Source: Candidatus Pacearchaeota archaeon | GTDB taxonomy: Archaea > Nanobdellota > Nanobdellia > Pacearchaeales > GW2011-AR1 | Length of the DNA: 24,000 nt | Direction of reading: 5' to 3' | Assembly (NCBI GenBank): GCA_041659945.1 | Contig: JBAZXH010000001.1 | Span: 593,903 to 617,902 of the forward strand | Notes under the pieces: model-generated | What the model saw: the letters and a program-made list of their open reading frames with translations, nothing else | Databases searched by the model: none | Told to the model about the DNA's origin: nothing | Shown: piece by piece, positions 7,226-14,779 of the stretch | Position numbering within the stretch: the first letter of the stretch is position 1 | Layout of the letters: the number at the start of each line of letters is the position of its first letter | Made by a program: the position numbers and the translations under genes

Positions 7226-7239
7226 TTTTAATCTCTTAA

Positions 7240-7494
7240 TTATTTATTCTTTAGAGTTTGTTTTCCAAGTTCTGTAATCCCATAAACTTTCCAAGCTTTC
7301 TTTTCAGGAGTCAAACATATTACAAGATTTTTCTTTTCTAACTCGTATAGGGCTTTACTGATATTTGGCTGTTTTTCTTTGATGATTTTAGCTATTTCAA
7401 TCTGCCTCATATCTTTTTTAGCTAGTGTTTGTAATACCTTTCTTCTAATTTTGCTTGTTAGGATAAAAGCAGATAATTGCCTTATTTCATTCAT
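7240..7494 (-). CDS. Small winged-helix transcription regulator (ArsR/MarR-like), 84 aa
   Basis: MNEIRQLSAFILTSKIRRKVLQTLAKKDMRQIEIAKIIKEKQPNISKALYELEKKNLV.. is a typical wHTH. The start at internal ATG 7494 is supported by TTTATAAA 27 nt upstream. The longer 142-aa track ORF adds an implausible hydrophobic low-complexity N-terminus. Confidence 0.75.
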   Translation of the reverse strand: MNEIRQLSAFILTSKIRRKVLQTLAKKDMRQIEIAKIIKEKQPNISKALYELEKKNLVICLTPEKKAWKVYGITELGKQTLKNK

Positions 7495-7513
7495 ATACCC
7501 TAACAGACAAATA

Positions 7514-7521
7514 TTTATAAA
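7514..7521. promoter_or_regulatory. Palindromic TATA box TTTATAAA in the divergent wHTH / Zn-ribbon intergenic region
   Basis: 27 nt from the minus-strand ATG 7494. A weaker AAATAAAT (about 7549-7556) sits ~30 nt upstream of the plus-strand ATG 7580. Confidence 0.55.
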
Positions 7522-7579
7522 AAGGGAATAATATAACATACATATAACAAATAAATGGCAATTGAGCTGATTTAATAAA

Positions 7580-7804
7580 ATGGGAATTATGAAGTGGATG
7601 TGGGAACAAGGAAAAAAGGATGAGGAAAGGATTAGACAAGCGGCTATAACTGCAGACATGATAGCCAAAGAACAAAGAAATATATCTACATGTAAAATTT
7701 GTAAAAGAATATTTGCTGAAGGTATTCCTTATCAAAAAACAATAACAGGAAGACCAAAGAATTATATTTGTGTTAACTGTGCAAAAAATATTGGATGGGC
7801 TTAA
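7580..7804 (+). CDS. Small zinc-ribbon protein (CxxC...CxxC)
   Basis: 74 aa with CKICKR...(23 aa)...CVNCAKN. Divergent from the wHTH gene and ends 1 nt before the next gene start. Confidence 0.55.
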   Translation: MGIMKWMWEQGKKDEERIRQAAITADMIAKEQRNISTCKICKRIFAEGIPYQKTITGRPKNYICVNCAKNIGWA

Positions 7805-7805
7805 A

Positions 7806-8753
7806 ATGAAAACAAAAGAGGGATTAATTTTGTTTGGAATTGTTGGTTTATTTTTAATCTTATTTTTCTTACCTTTTATTTCCGCACAAGTTAATAATGA
7901 TTTTGTTGGTATTTCAGAGGTATATAACGTAAGTTGTGATGCCCATAGTACAACTTTAATGTTTGGAAATTGGGTAAATCCTGAAAGAGTGATTAAGTTA
8001 TCATTCAAGGCTAATGATTTTGGATTATGTAAAAGTTACATTAACCTTAATGAGACTAATTATTTTACAGGAATAATTGATGATGAAGGAGGTTTTCAGT
8101 ATCAGAATGTGACTTATCCTAATGGAATAATAACTGGAAATTATAAATGTCAACCTTATCTGAATCAAACATATTGGTGTGATGTAACCATGAACTTTAA
8201 TTTTGTATCTATTCCTGTTTTTCAAAATGACAATCTTGCTAACACTTTAAACGGAGCAGTGAAGTTTGTTTTAATATATAATAATAAAACAGAGGGTATA
8301 ATTTCTTCTCAAGGACATAGTGCTAATGGAGCTTTTTTGATTACGAATAATGGTGAAATAATTAACAATTACAAAAAAGAAATAGATGAATTAAAAATAA
8401 ATCAAACAAATCTTACTAATAGACTTTCAGTTTTAGAATTATGGAAAGAGACAATTAACTCATGGAGGGAATTAGCCGATAGAATACTTCTATCTGTTGG
8501 TGAACACGATATTTGGATACAACAATTAACTGAAAGAGTTGTAATATTAGAAAACAAAACAGGAATAGTTCAAAATGGTTCTTTAACAAACTACTTCAAA
8601 TATCTAAGTAATAGTGATAGAAAATCTATGGTTTGTGGTTATGCTCAAGAAAGTCATTTAACTCAAATAAATGATTTAGGATTAAGTTGTATTATAACTT
8701 ACAGACAAATTTCAACAAGAGAATATGCTACCTGCAAATGTACTGGTAAATAA
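7806..8753 (+). CDS. Secreted/membrane-anchored protein with many N-glycosylation sequons and a coiled-coil segment
   Basis: Start taken at MKTKEGLILFGIVGLFLILFFLPFISAQ (signal peptide or anchor). There are 9 or more N-x-S/T sequons, the heptad-like segment EIDELKINQTNLTNRLSVLELWKETINSWRELADRILL, and C-terminal Cys residues (CIITY..CKCTGK). Confidence 0.6.
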   Translation: MKTKEGLILFGIVGLFLILFFLPFISAQVNNDFVGISEVYNVSCDAHSTTLMFGNWVNPERVIKLSFKANDFGLCKSYINLNETNYFTGIIDDEGGFQYQNVTYPNGIITGNYKCQPYLNQTYWCDVTMNFNFVSIPVFQNDNLANTLNGAVKFVLIYNNKTEGIISSQGHSANGAFLITNNGEIINNYKKEIDELKINQTNLTNRLSVLELWKETINSWRELADRILLSVGEHDIWIQQLTERVVILENKTGIVQNGSLTNYFKYLSNSDRKSMVCGYAQESHLTQINDLGLSCIITYRQISTREYATCKCTGK

Positions 8754-8836
8754 AAATATATGTTATAAAATTTAATTTATTCTTTGGTTTTAAATAAGAT
8801 AGAAAAGATAATAAACCTAAATAAACTAAATATCCT

Positions 8837-9391
8837 ATGTTAGAACCAAAAGATAAGATATTGGGTATTATGAGTATTTTATTTGCTCTTTCTGCTATCT
8901 CTTTAGCAGTTTCTCAAAGTTTTGAAGCTAAAGCAACAAATAACCTACTTAATACTATAATACAGTTTGATACTTCAGGTTATGTCTCTGATGTAGGTAA
9001 TGTTAACAATTACTTAATGAGCCAAAATTCACTTAATACTAACTCAGAGTTAGCATTAAGAAACTATTTTTGTTCTTTTACATTAGTGTATAAAGACACA
9101 CAAAATCCTAACCAAAATTTTTTAGTTAACTTATCTGAAGAATGTATTAATCTTTCTAAGTTAGAATATTATGCTAATATGTCAAATAGCTTATTAGATA
9201 ATTCTTATTATATAAAGAATCTGTCTGCATCAATAAATCCTTTTAAGTCTTATGAAGGCGATTTAAAAGAATTTCAGAATAATCAAAGTATTGCTTTTTA
9301 CACTCAAATGGCTGGATGGGTTTTATTTATTATGGGGTTATTCCTTTTTTCTGCTTATTGGTTTATTGATAAGGTTAAACTATCTAAATAA
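8837..9391 (+). CDS. Bitopic/two-TM surface protein with N-glycosylation sequons
   Basis: N-terminal TM ILGIMSILFALSAISLAV and C-terminal TM GWVLFIMGLFLFSAYWFI. Sequons NLS, NMS, NLS, NQS. It has its own BRE/TATA-like AGAAAAG-ATAATAAA ~29 nt upstream. Confidence 0.55.
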   Translation: MLEPKDKILGIMSILFALSAISLAVSQSFEAKATNNLLNTIIQFDTSGYVSDVGNVNNYLMSQNSLNTNSELALRNYFCSFTLVYKDTQNPNQNFLVNLSEECINLSKLEYYANMSNSLLDNSYYIKNLSASINPFKSYEGDLKEFQNNQSIAFYTQMAGWVLFIMGLFLFSAYWFIDKVKLSK

Positions 9392-9404
9392 GTTTTGTTA
9401 ATAC

Positions 9405-10214
9405 TTATTCTATTTCTTTGGCATTCAATAACCTAATAGTATCCCAAACTAAAAGCATAGTATTTATTATACAAGCTTTAGCATCATCAAAAGTTATATC
9501 AAAATCTTCTGGATGAACATTTTTTTGGATAAGGTCGTTGATATCATCAAAATACTTTAATAAATAATCTAACCTTGATTCAATTAATGACCTGCTAGTT
9601 TTACTCGCTTTGATAAAACTTAAAGTATATCTTAATTTATTTTTTGTTTGATTTCGTGCAGGAGGTTTTTCTCCTATTGGGATAAATTCAGGTTTAAAAA
9701 TATCATCCGTGAAGTCATTAATAATCTCTCTACAAGTATATGCAACTCTAGAGAAGTATTGCTCATTTACTGAATCATTTAAATCCATTATATCATTATA
9801 TAACAGGCTTAGTTTTTTTAAAGTTCTCGGCGATATGTCTATTAAATTTTGTTCTATGTACGCTTTTATTGTTTGTAATAACTTAAAGATTATTGGGTCT
9901 TCTGAAATTTCATATAGAACCCAATAGTTGTTATCTTTCTCTTTTTTTTCTTTCTCGAGTTTATCGATTCCAAAATTATTGATTTTAGTTATAAATGTTC
10001 CTCCCAAGTAAAACTGAGTGTCAATATATCCAGCGTCGCTTAATTGTTTAATATTATTTTTTACAATGTTTTCATCAACTTCTAGAAAATTGACTAAATC
10101 ATTTGCGGATACATAGCTAAAGGCATTTTGTTCATATTCTTCCCTAAGTTTTTCTAATATTTTCAATTGAATTTCACAATTCTCTTTTCTCACTAGTTCA
10201 CTTTCTTTTGTCAT
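9405..10214 (-). CDS. N-terminal winged-helix protein with ~170-aa helical C-terminal domain of unknown function
   Basis: wHTH-like QLKILEKLREEY..FSYVSANDLVNFLEVDENIVKNNIKQLSDAGYID. The C-terminal domain (VAYTCREIINDFTDDIF...LIQKNVHPEDF) has no motif I can name confidently. Confidence 0.5.
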   Translation of the reverse strand: MTKESELVRKENCEIQLKILEKLREEYEQNAFSYVSANDLVNFLEVDENIVKNNIKQLSDAGYIDTQFYLGGTFITKINNFGIDKLEKEKKEKDNNYWVLYEISEDPIIFKLLQTIKAYIEQNLIDISPRTLKKLSLLYNDIMDLNDSVNEQYFSRVAYTCREIINDFTDDIFKPEFIPIGEKPPARNQTKNKLRYTLSFIKASKTSRSLIESRLDYLLKYFDDINDLIQKNVHPEDFDITFDDAKACIINTMLLVWDTIRLLNAKEIE

Positions 10215-10263
10215 TTAATTTTTCTTTAGCTAATTTATCTATTTTGAGTTACTAATTTGGATT

Positions 10264-11064
10264 TTATCTTTGACAATGATTTATATCTCTGTAAGTATTT
10301 TCAGATTTTGGAAGATTCAATTCTTGTTTTAAGAAAGGATGAATAGGGACATACTTCATTCCACCTTTCAATTTTTCACTTTCTTTTAATTCTGATAAAA
10401 ATTTGGGTTCTAAGCTTATTGGCATAATATAAAACTTGTCTACTTGAATTTCTTCTACTACTTGATTAGATAGATTTTTGTAAATGAGGCTAATCTTTAT
10501 TTCACATCCTAAAACAGTGTTTGATTTTAATAACTGAATTAATTGTTTAAAAGCAATATTTTTTACAGGAACTGGAATTTTTTCTTTTTTATCAAATAAC
10601 CCAAAATGAATTTCATGAATAAACTTATGATTCTGATTTATTTCAAGTTCAGGGTAATTACTTTTATCATGAAATATCTCTGAAATAATTGGTTCTAAAG
10701 AATAGATTTTTTCTCCGTCTTTGATATTACATTGTTTTTTAAAATCCCAATCTCCTACACTGGATATTAACATTTTATCCCTTTCTTTTTTTACCTCAAG
10801 ATTAACTAAATAGACTTCGGTTTTTAACGCAACACCAACAGCTTTAGTTTTTCCTAAATTAATTAAATTTAATATTATTTTGTCTTCTGAATAATCTTTT
10901 GTTTGAACTTCAATTTGAGGGTCTTCTTTCCTCATTAAGTAAACTGTTTGTTTCTCTGAAATATCCTTTTGTGAATTAATTATTTTTGTTTGTCTCCAGA
11001 GAATCCAACCTTGAAATACTAAAACTAACAAAGTTCCAAGGCTTAATATAACTTCAAATAACAT
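10264..11064 (-). CDS. N-terminally membrane-anchored protein of unknown function
   Basis: TM LFEVILSLGTLLVLVFQGWILW, then a strand-rich domain. TATTTAAG (minus strand, 11093-11086) lies 29 nt upstream of ATG 11064. Confidence 0.5.
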   Translation of the reverse strand: MLFEVILSLGTLLVLVFQGWILWRQTKIINSQKDISEKQTVYLMRKEDPQIEVQTKDYSEDKIILNLINLGKTKAVGVALKTEVYLVNLEVKKERDKMLISSVGDWDFKKQCNIKDGEKIYSLEPIISEIFHDKSNYPELEINQNHKFIHEIHFGLFDKKEKIPVPVKNIAFKQLIQLLKSNTVLGCEIKISLIYKNLSNQVVEEIQVDKFYIMPISLEPKFLSELKESEKLKGGMKYVPIHPFLKQELNLPKSENTYRDINHCQR

Positions 11065-11085
11065 GGAAAAAGGTATAGCTTGTGA

Positions 11086-11121
11086 CTTAAATAGATTTCT
11101 TACGATAGCAAGTTATTTAAA
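11086..11121. promoter_or_regulatory. Back-to-back divergent TATA boxes
   Basis: TATTTAAG (minus, 11093-11086) lies 29 nt from ATG 11064. TATTTAAA (plus, 11114-11121) lies 30 nt from ATG 11144. The two start codons are only 79 nt apart. Confidence 0.5.
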
Positions 11122-11143
11122 CTTTAAATTACACTACGTTTGT

Positions 11144-11830
11144 ATGGAAAATAAAAGACGTGTCCGTTTAGATATTCCTGATAACTCTTTGTATTCACAA
11201 ATGCTATTTTCAATTATTGCTGGCAATAATTATCCTCAGAAGATTGCTGAGGTTATAGGAAAAGAGCCAAGTAATGTTTCTCGTCAAGTTCAATTGCTTA
11301 AACGGAAAGGATATGTTAACTCTAAAAAGTATGGAAATAAAAATAAATTTCCCTTTGAGAAAACTATTTATGAGGTAAAATGGGAAAAGATTATTGAGTT
11401 ATTCCTTGATAGAATAAAATTTAAAATAGAGCTAAATAGAAAAGCATCAAAGAGTGCTGTATCTCCAACATTAAGTAAAGAGATAATGCCCAATATTTTA
11501 GAAATAGAGGGATTATATGGCACAAGAGATTTTGTAGATTCGATAAAGTCTAATAAGTATTTAATCAAATATTTTGAATTACTTTTTTCTGAATTGCACA
11601 AAATTGACAAAACTAGGACATTGAATGACGTCTTTGATTATATTATTGTTTTTGGTTTATTTGATTGTAAGGAGGTAATTAATGATAATAAATCTGTTAA
11701 GGACTTAGAGAGACTTAGTTTTTTAATTAACTTTGGAGCTAAGAATCCCTCTCTAAGATTATCAACAGAAATTGCAAAAAGAGAATTTAAGGCTATACTA
11801 AACAGAGGCTTTGACGCTAAATCGGAATGA
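11144..11830 (+). CDS. ArsR-like winged-helix regulator with extended helical C-terminal domain
   Basis: YPQKIAEVIGKEPSNVSRQVQLLKRKGYVNSKK is a wHTH recognition helix plus wing. Start chosen at internal ATG 11144 (MENKRRV) because of the TATA box at -30. The track ORF start at 11063 would overlap the divergent gene start. Confidence 0.6.
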   Translation: MENKRRVRLDIPDNSLYSQMLFSIIAGNNYPQKIAEVIGKEPSNVSRQVQLLKRKGYVNSKKYGNKNKFPFEKTIYEVKWEKIIELFLDRIKFKIELNRKASKSAVSPTLSKEIMPNILEIEGLYGTRDFVDSIKSNKYLIKYFELLFSELHKIDKTRTLNDVFDYIIVFGLFDCKEVINDNKSVKDLERLSFLINFGAKNPSLRLSTEIAKREFKAILNRGFDAKSE

Positions 11831-11839
11831 ATAGTATAA

Positions 11840-11912
11840 TGCCCCCGCCGGGATTCGAACCCGGGTCAAAGCCTCGAAAGGGCTTTATGCTTGGCCTCTA
11901 CACCACAGGGGC
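11840..11912 (-). tRNA. tRNA-Glu (anticodon UUC)
   Basis: The reverse complement folds as a cloverleaf: acceptor GCCCCTG/CGGGGGC, D arm GTGT/GCAT, anticodon stem AAGCC/GGCTT with loop CTTTCGA, T arm CCGGG-TTCGAAT-CCCGG, discriminator A. No encoded CCA. Confidence 0.9.
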
Positions 11913-11936
11913 ATTATTTTAGTTACATGACTTTCG

Positions 11937-11944
11937 TTTTTAAA
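11937..11944 (-). promoter_or_regulatory. TATA box (TTTAAAAA on minus strand) for tRNA-Glu
   Basis: Starts 32 nt upstream of the mature 5' end (11912). Confidence 0.45.
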
Positions 11945-12012
11945 GCTTGTTATTACCATTGGAAGTTGGTAAAAATCAAAAGACATAAAAAGGCTCTTTT
12001 CTCATTATTTGC

Positions 12013-12996
12013 ATGAAAAAAGCTCGAAGTAAGAGTGTAACAAAATCAGCTGAAACTGGTCGTATAAATGATGTTATATTCAAAGAGCTGATAAAAAGAG
12101 GACATTCTAATGAGGGGAAAACTCATGTTTGGAATATTGCAGATTCAAAATTATGGTATTTAACACCTAAGCAAGCTCAATCATTTTTGGATTTGGAAAG
12201 ATCAAAAGATTATCAAAAAGATGTTATTCAAAAGGAAGTTGATTTAATTAGAGGTAATATCAAAGAGGTTCTTATAACAGTTGGAACTGGTCCACTTAAT
12301 ATAATTGATCTTGGTTGTGGAGATGGAAAAAAGGCAGCTCTTTTTGTGGAACAGTTAAAAGGAAAGGTAAAATTAAGATATTGTCCGATTGATATTAGTG
12401 GTTACATGGTTGAAAAAGCAATTAAGACAATGAGAAATTTAAATGCTGGAGAAGTTGTCCAGTTTCAGTGGAATATTTCTGATTTTGAAAACTTGGAAAA
12501 TGTTTCTGCTCTTTTGAGACAGGAAGAATATAAGAAAAATTTTATTCTTTTACTTGGAAATACTTTAGGTAATTTTGAAATTAACGAACTTCTTTATACA
12601 GTTAGAAGTAGTATGAGGGAAGGAGATTTATTATTAATTGGAAATGGGTTGGATAATAGACATAAGGATGAATTAACAAAGTCTTATAATAATGATGCAG
12701 TAAATAATTTTCAAATAAACGTTCCATTTCAAATAGGCCTTACTGAAAAGGATATAGAATTTGGAGTTAGATTTAGAAACTCTAGAATTGAAATACTTTA
12801 TACTCTTAAAAAAGATAAAAAAATTACCTTTCAAAATAAAACTATAGAGTTTAATCGGGGAGATAAAATAATAACGGCTATTTCTTATAAGTATGATAAG
12901 TATGATTTCATGGCTTTTATGAAGATGTATTTCGAAGATGTTAAAATGTATGTTTCTCCAGATGAAATGTATGCTTTAGTTTTGTGTAAGAAGTGA
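12013..12996 (+). CDS. SAM-dependent methyltransferase, EgtD-like (Methyltransf_33-type)
   Basis: SAM motif I IIDLGCGDGKKA. YCPIDISGYMVEKA and ILLLGNTLGNFEINE match the EgtD-family pattern (ELGxGxxxK..Y.P.DIS....FLGS(T/S)IGNF). Confidence 0.7.
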   Translation: MKKARSKSVTKSAETGRINDVIFKELIKRGHSNEGKTHVWNIADSKLWYLTPKQAQSFLDLERSKDYQKDVIQKEVDLIRGNIKEVLITVGTGPLNIIDLGCGDGKKAALFVEQLKGKVKLRYCPIDISGYMVEKAIKTMRNLNAGEVVQFQWNISDFENLENVSALLRQEEYKKNFILLLGNTLGNFEINELLYTVRSSMREGDLLLIGNGLDNRHKDELTKSYNNDAVNNFQINVPFQIGLTEKDIEFGVRFRNSRIEILYTLKKDKKITFQNKTIEFNRGDKIITAISYKYDKYDFMAFMKMYFEDVKMYVSPDEMYALVLCKK

Positions 12997-13024
12997 ATAA
13001 AATTATATACTAGTTGATCTTTTT

Positions 13025-13642
13025 TTGTATATGAACTCATTTAAGGTTAATACTGCCAAAAATAAATTTAACATAAATTATGTTTATGATTATATTTCTA
13101 AGGATCAAGTAAAAACTGATAAAGTTTTGTTTGCAAAAATGTGTAAAACTGGATGTGTTAATTACAATAAAAAATATTCATGTCCTCCATTTAGTCCTGA
13201 TTTTAGTTTACTTTCAAAGGATTCTGATGGGTTGTTTGTTGTTTTGTTTGTTGTTAAGTTGGATCAAATAAAATCGACTGAATATAACAAGATTCGAATT
13301 GCAAATGTTGTTATGAAATCTAAAATAAATCGGTTAATGAGAGATTTAGAAACTAACTTTAAAACAAAATTTCTTAGCACTGGTTCATGTAATTTATGTA
13401 AACCCTGTAATTGTAAACTTAAATTATCTTGCAAACATCCTGATAAAAAAAGATATAGTCTGGAATCTGTAGGAATTGATTGTAATAATCTTTCTGAAAC
13501 TTTGTTTAATACTCAGTTTTTATGGTATAAAGAAAAAAACGCGCCTGCTTACACCAGTGTTATTTGTGGATTGTTATGCAATAAAAAAGATGTTGTTAAA
13601 TTAAGAAGTTATTTAGACAGTTATGATTTTTCTAGGCTTTAG
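13025..13642 (+). CDS. Cys-rich metal-binding protein, DUF2284-like
   Basis: CKTGCVNYNKKYSCPPFSP and GSCNLCKPCNCKLKLSC resemble the DUF2284 Cys motifs. An alternative start at 13031 is possible. Confidence 0.5.
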   Translation: MYMNSFKVNTAKNKFNINYVYDYISKDQVKTDKVLFAKMCKTGCVNYNKKYSCPPFSPDFSLLSKDSDGLFVVLFVVKLDQIKSTEYNKIRIANVVMKSKINRLMRDLETNFKTKFLSTGSCNLCKPCNCKLKLSCKHPDKKRYSLESVGIDCNNLSETLFNTQFLWYKEKNAPAYTSVICGLLCNKKDVVKLRSYLDSYDFSRL

Positions 13643-13670
13643 TTTATGTATTTGTTTACTAATCCAAAGC

Positions 13671-13678
13671 CTTATAAA
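13671..13678 (+). promoter_or_regulatory. TATA box (CTTATAAA) for tRNA-Ile
   Basis: Starts 31 nt upstream of the tRNA 5' end (13702). Confidence 0.5.
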
Positions 13679-13701
13679 TTATCCAAAACTAACTTTTTAA
13701 T

Positions 13702-13775
13702 GAGCCCGTAGCTCAGCCCGGTAGAGCACTGCTCTGATAAGGCAGGGGTCCCAAGTTCAAATCCTGGCGGGCTCA
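13702..13775 (+). tRNA. tRNA-Ile (anticodon GAU)
   Basis: Cloverleaf: acceptor GAGCCCG/CGGGCTC, D arm GCTC/GAGC, anticodon stem CTGCT/GGCAG with loop CTGATAA, T arm CCAAG-TTCAAAT-CCTGG (one A-C mismatch), discriminator A. Confidence 0.9.
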
Positions 13776-13837
13776 TATAGTAAAAATTAATAGAAAAGGT
13801 TTAAAAAGTGACCTTGGTAAAATAATTCATTATAAAA

Positions 13838-14350
13838 ATGGCAAAAGGAATGTATCATTATATTGGACAAGCATGGAAAAAACCAGATGTTAAGCTACTT
13901 AGAGAAAGGATGATTGAATGGAGAAAGGGAGATACAATTGTTGAAGTTGAAAAACCTCTAAGACTTGATAGGGCTAGAATTCTTGGATATAAAGCTAAAA
14001 AAGGTTTTTTTGTTGTTAGAGTTAGAATATTACGTGGAGGAAGGGCAAGACCTAGACCAAGAAAAGGAAGACAAGGAAAAAAGTTAAGAGTTAGAAAGAC
14101 CTTAAAAATGAATTATCAAGCAGTTGCTGAACAAAGAGCTGCAAGAAAATTCAAAAATTTGGAAGTTTTAAATTCTTATGTAATTGGTAAAGATGGAATG
14201 AATTATTTTTATGAAGTTATTTTAGTTGATCCATTTATGCCTGAAATAAAAAATGATCCAACAATGAAATGGGTTTGTAATAGAAATAATCAAAAGAGAG
14301 CATTTAGAGGTTTGACTTCTGCTGGTAAAAAGGGTAGAGGATTGAGATAA
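13838..14350 (+). CDS. rpl15e: Ribosomal protein eL15 (L15e)
   Basis: N-terminal MYHYIGQAWKKPD, RLDRARILGYKAKKGFFVVRVRILRGGRARPRPRKG and a basic C-terminus are characteristic of eL15. Confidence 0.9.
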   Translation: MAKGMYHYIGQAWKKPDVKLLRERMIEWRKGDTIVEVEKPLRLDRARILGYKAKKGFFVVRVRILRGGRARPRPRKGRQGKKLRVRKTLKMNYQAVAEQRAARKFKNLEVLNSYVIGKDGMNYFYEVILVDPFMPEIKNDPTMKWVCNRNNQKRAFRGLTSAGKKGRGLR

Positions 14351-14351
14351 G

Positions 14352-14729
14352 TTAATTTCTTGAAAAGTATTTTGTAACAAAAGGAGTCACCTGAAGATTA
14401 TTTATTTCTTCTTTAGAAAACCATCTAAAATCAGAATGATCTTTACTGAGTTTAATTTTTCCACTATGTTCTGAAGTTGAGTAAATTCTATAATGAATTT
14501 GCATTTCATGTTCTATATGATCTCCTTCAATTATGAGCTGTCTGAGTTCAACTGTCAAAGATGTCTCTTCTTTTGTTTCTCTAACTGCACAAACTTCTGG
14601 TTTTTCATCTTGGTTAATTTTTCCGCCTGGAAAATCCCACTGATTTGGAAAAAACTTAGAACATTTTGATCTTCTAACTAAAAGATATTTATTATTTTCT
14701 TCAATTACTGTTTTAGCTACATTAATCAT
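14352..14729 (-). CDS. NUDIX hydrolase
   Basis: Nudix box GGKINQDEKPEVCAVRETKEETSL (Gx5Ex7REUxEExGU). Confidence 0.85.
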   Translation of the reverse strand: MINVAKTVIEENNKYLLVRRSKCSKFFPNQWDFPGGKINQDEKPEVCAVRETKEETSLTVELRQLIIEGDHIEHEMQIHYRIYSTSEHSGKIKLSKDHSDFRWFSKEEINNLQVTPFVTKYFSRN

Positions 14730-14779
14730 TTTTTATTTAAATCGGTTAAACTTAAATATCTTATTATATTATAAGATTA

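Noticed and set aside
7495-7668. N-terminal 58-aa extension of the wHTH ORF (track start 7668)
   Set aside because: The extension is Cys/Phe/Ile-rich nonsense overlapping the divergent Zn-ribbon gene and the TATA box. The internal ATG 7494 is at the canonical 27 nt from TTTATAAA.
7487-8008. 173-aa minus-strand ORF spanning the wHTH/Zn-ribbon intergenic region and the start of the secreted-protein gene
   Set aside because: The translation is low-complexity and hydrophobic. It is antisense to two better-supported plus-strand genes and runs through the divergent promoter, with no promoter at a sensible distance. It is an AT-rich shadow ORF.
8025-8225. 66-aa minus-strand ORF; likewise the short ORFs 9709..9927(+), 11368..11610(-), 16319..16504(-), 18280..18480(-), 18353..18622(+), 21552..21740(+), 22674..22916(-) and 23280..23495(-)
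   Set aside because: All lie within or antisense to longer, motif-supported genes and have low-complexity translations. They are treated as shadow ORFs.
11831-11912. Search for a duplicated tRNA-Glu 3' segment (att repeat) elsewhere in the window
   Set aside because: No second copy of GGATTCGAACCCGG or the flanking acceptor sequence was seen by eye in 1-11830. The island boundaries therefore remain inferential.
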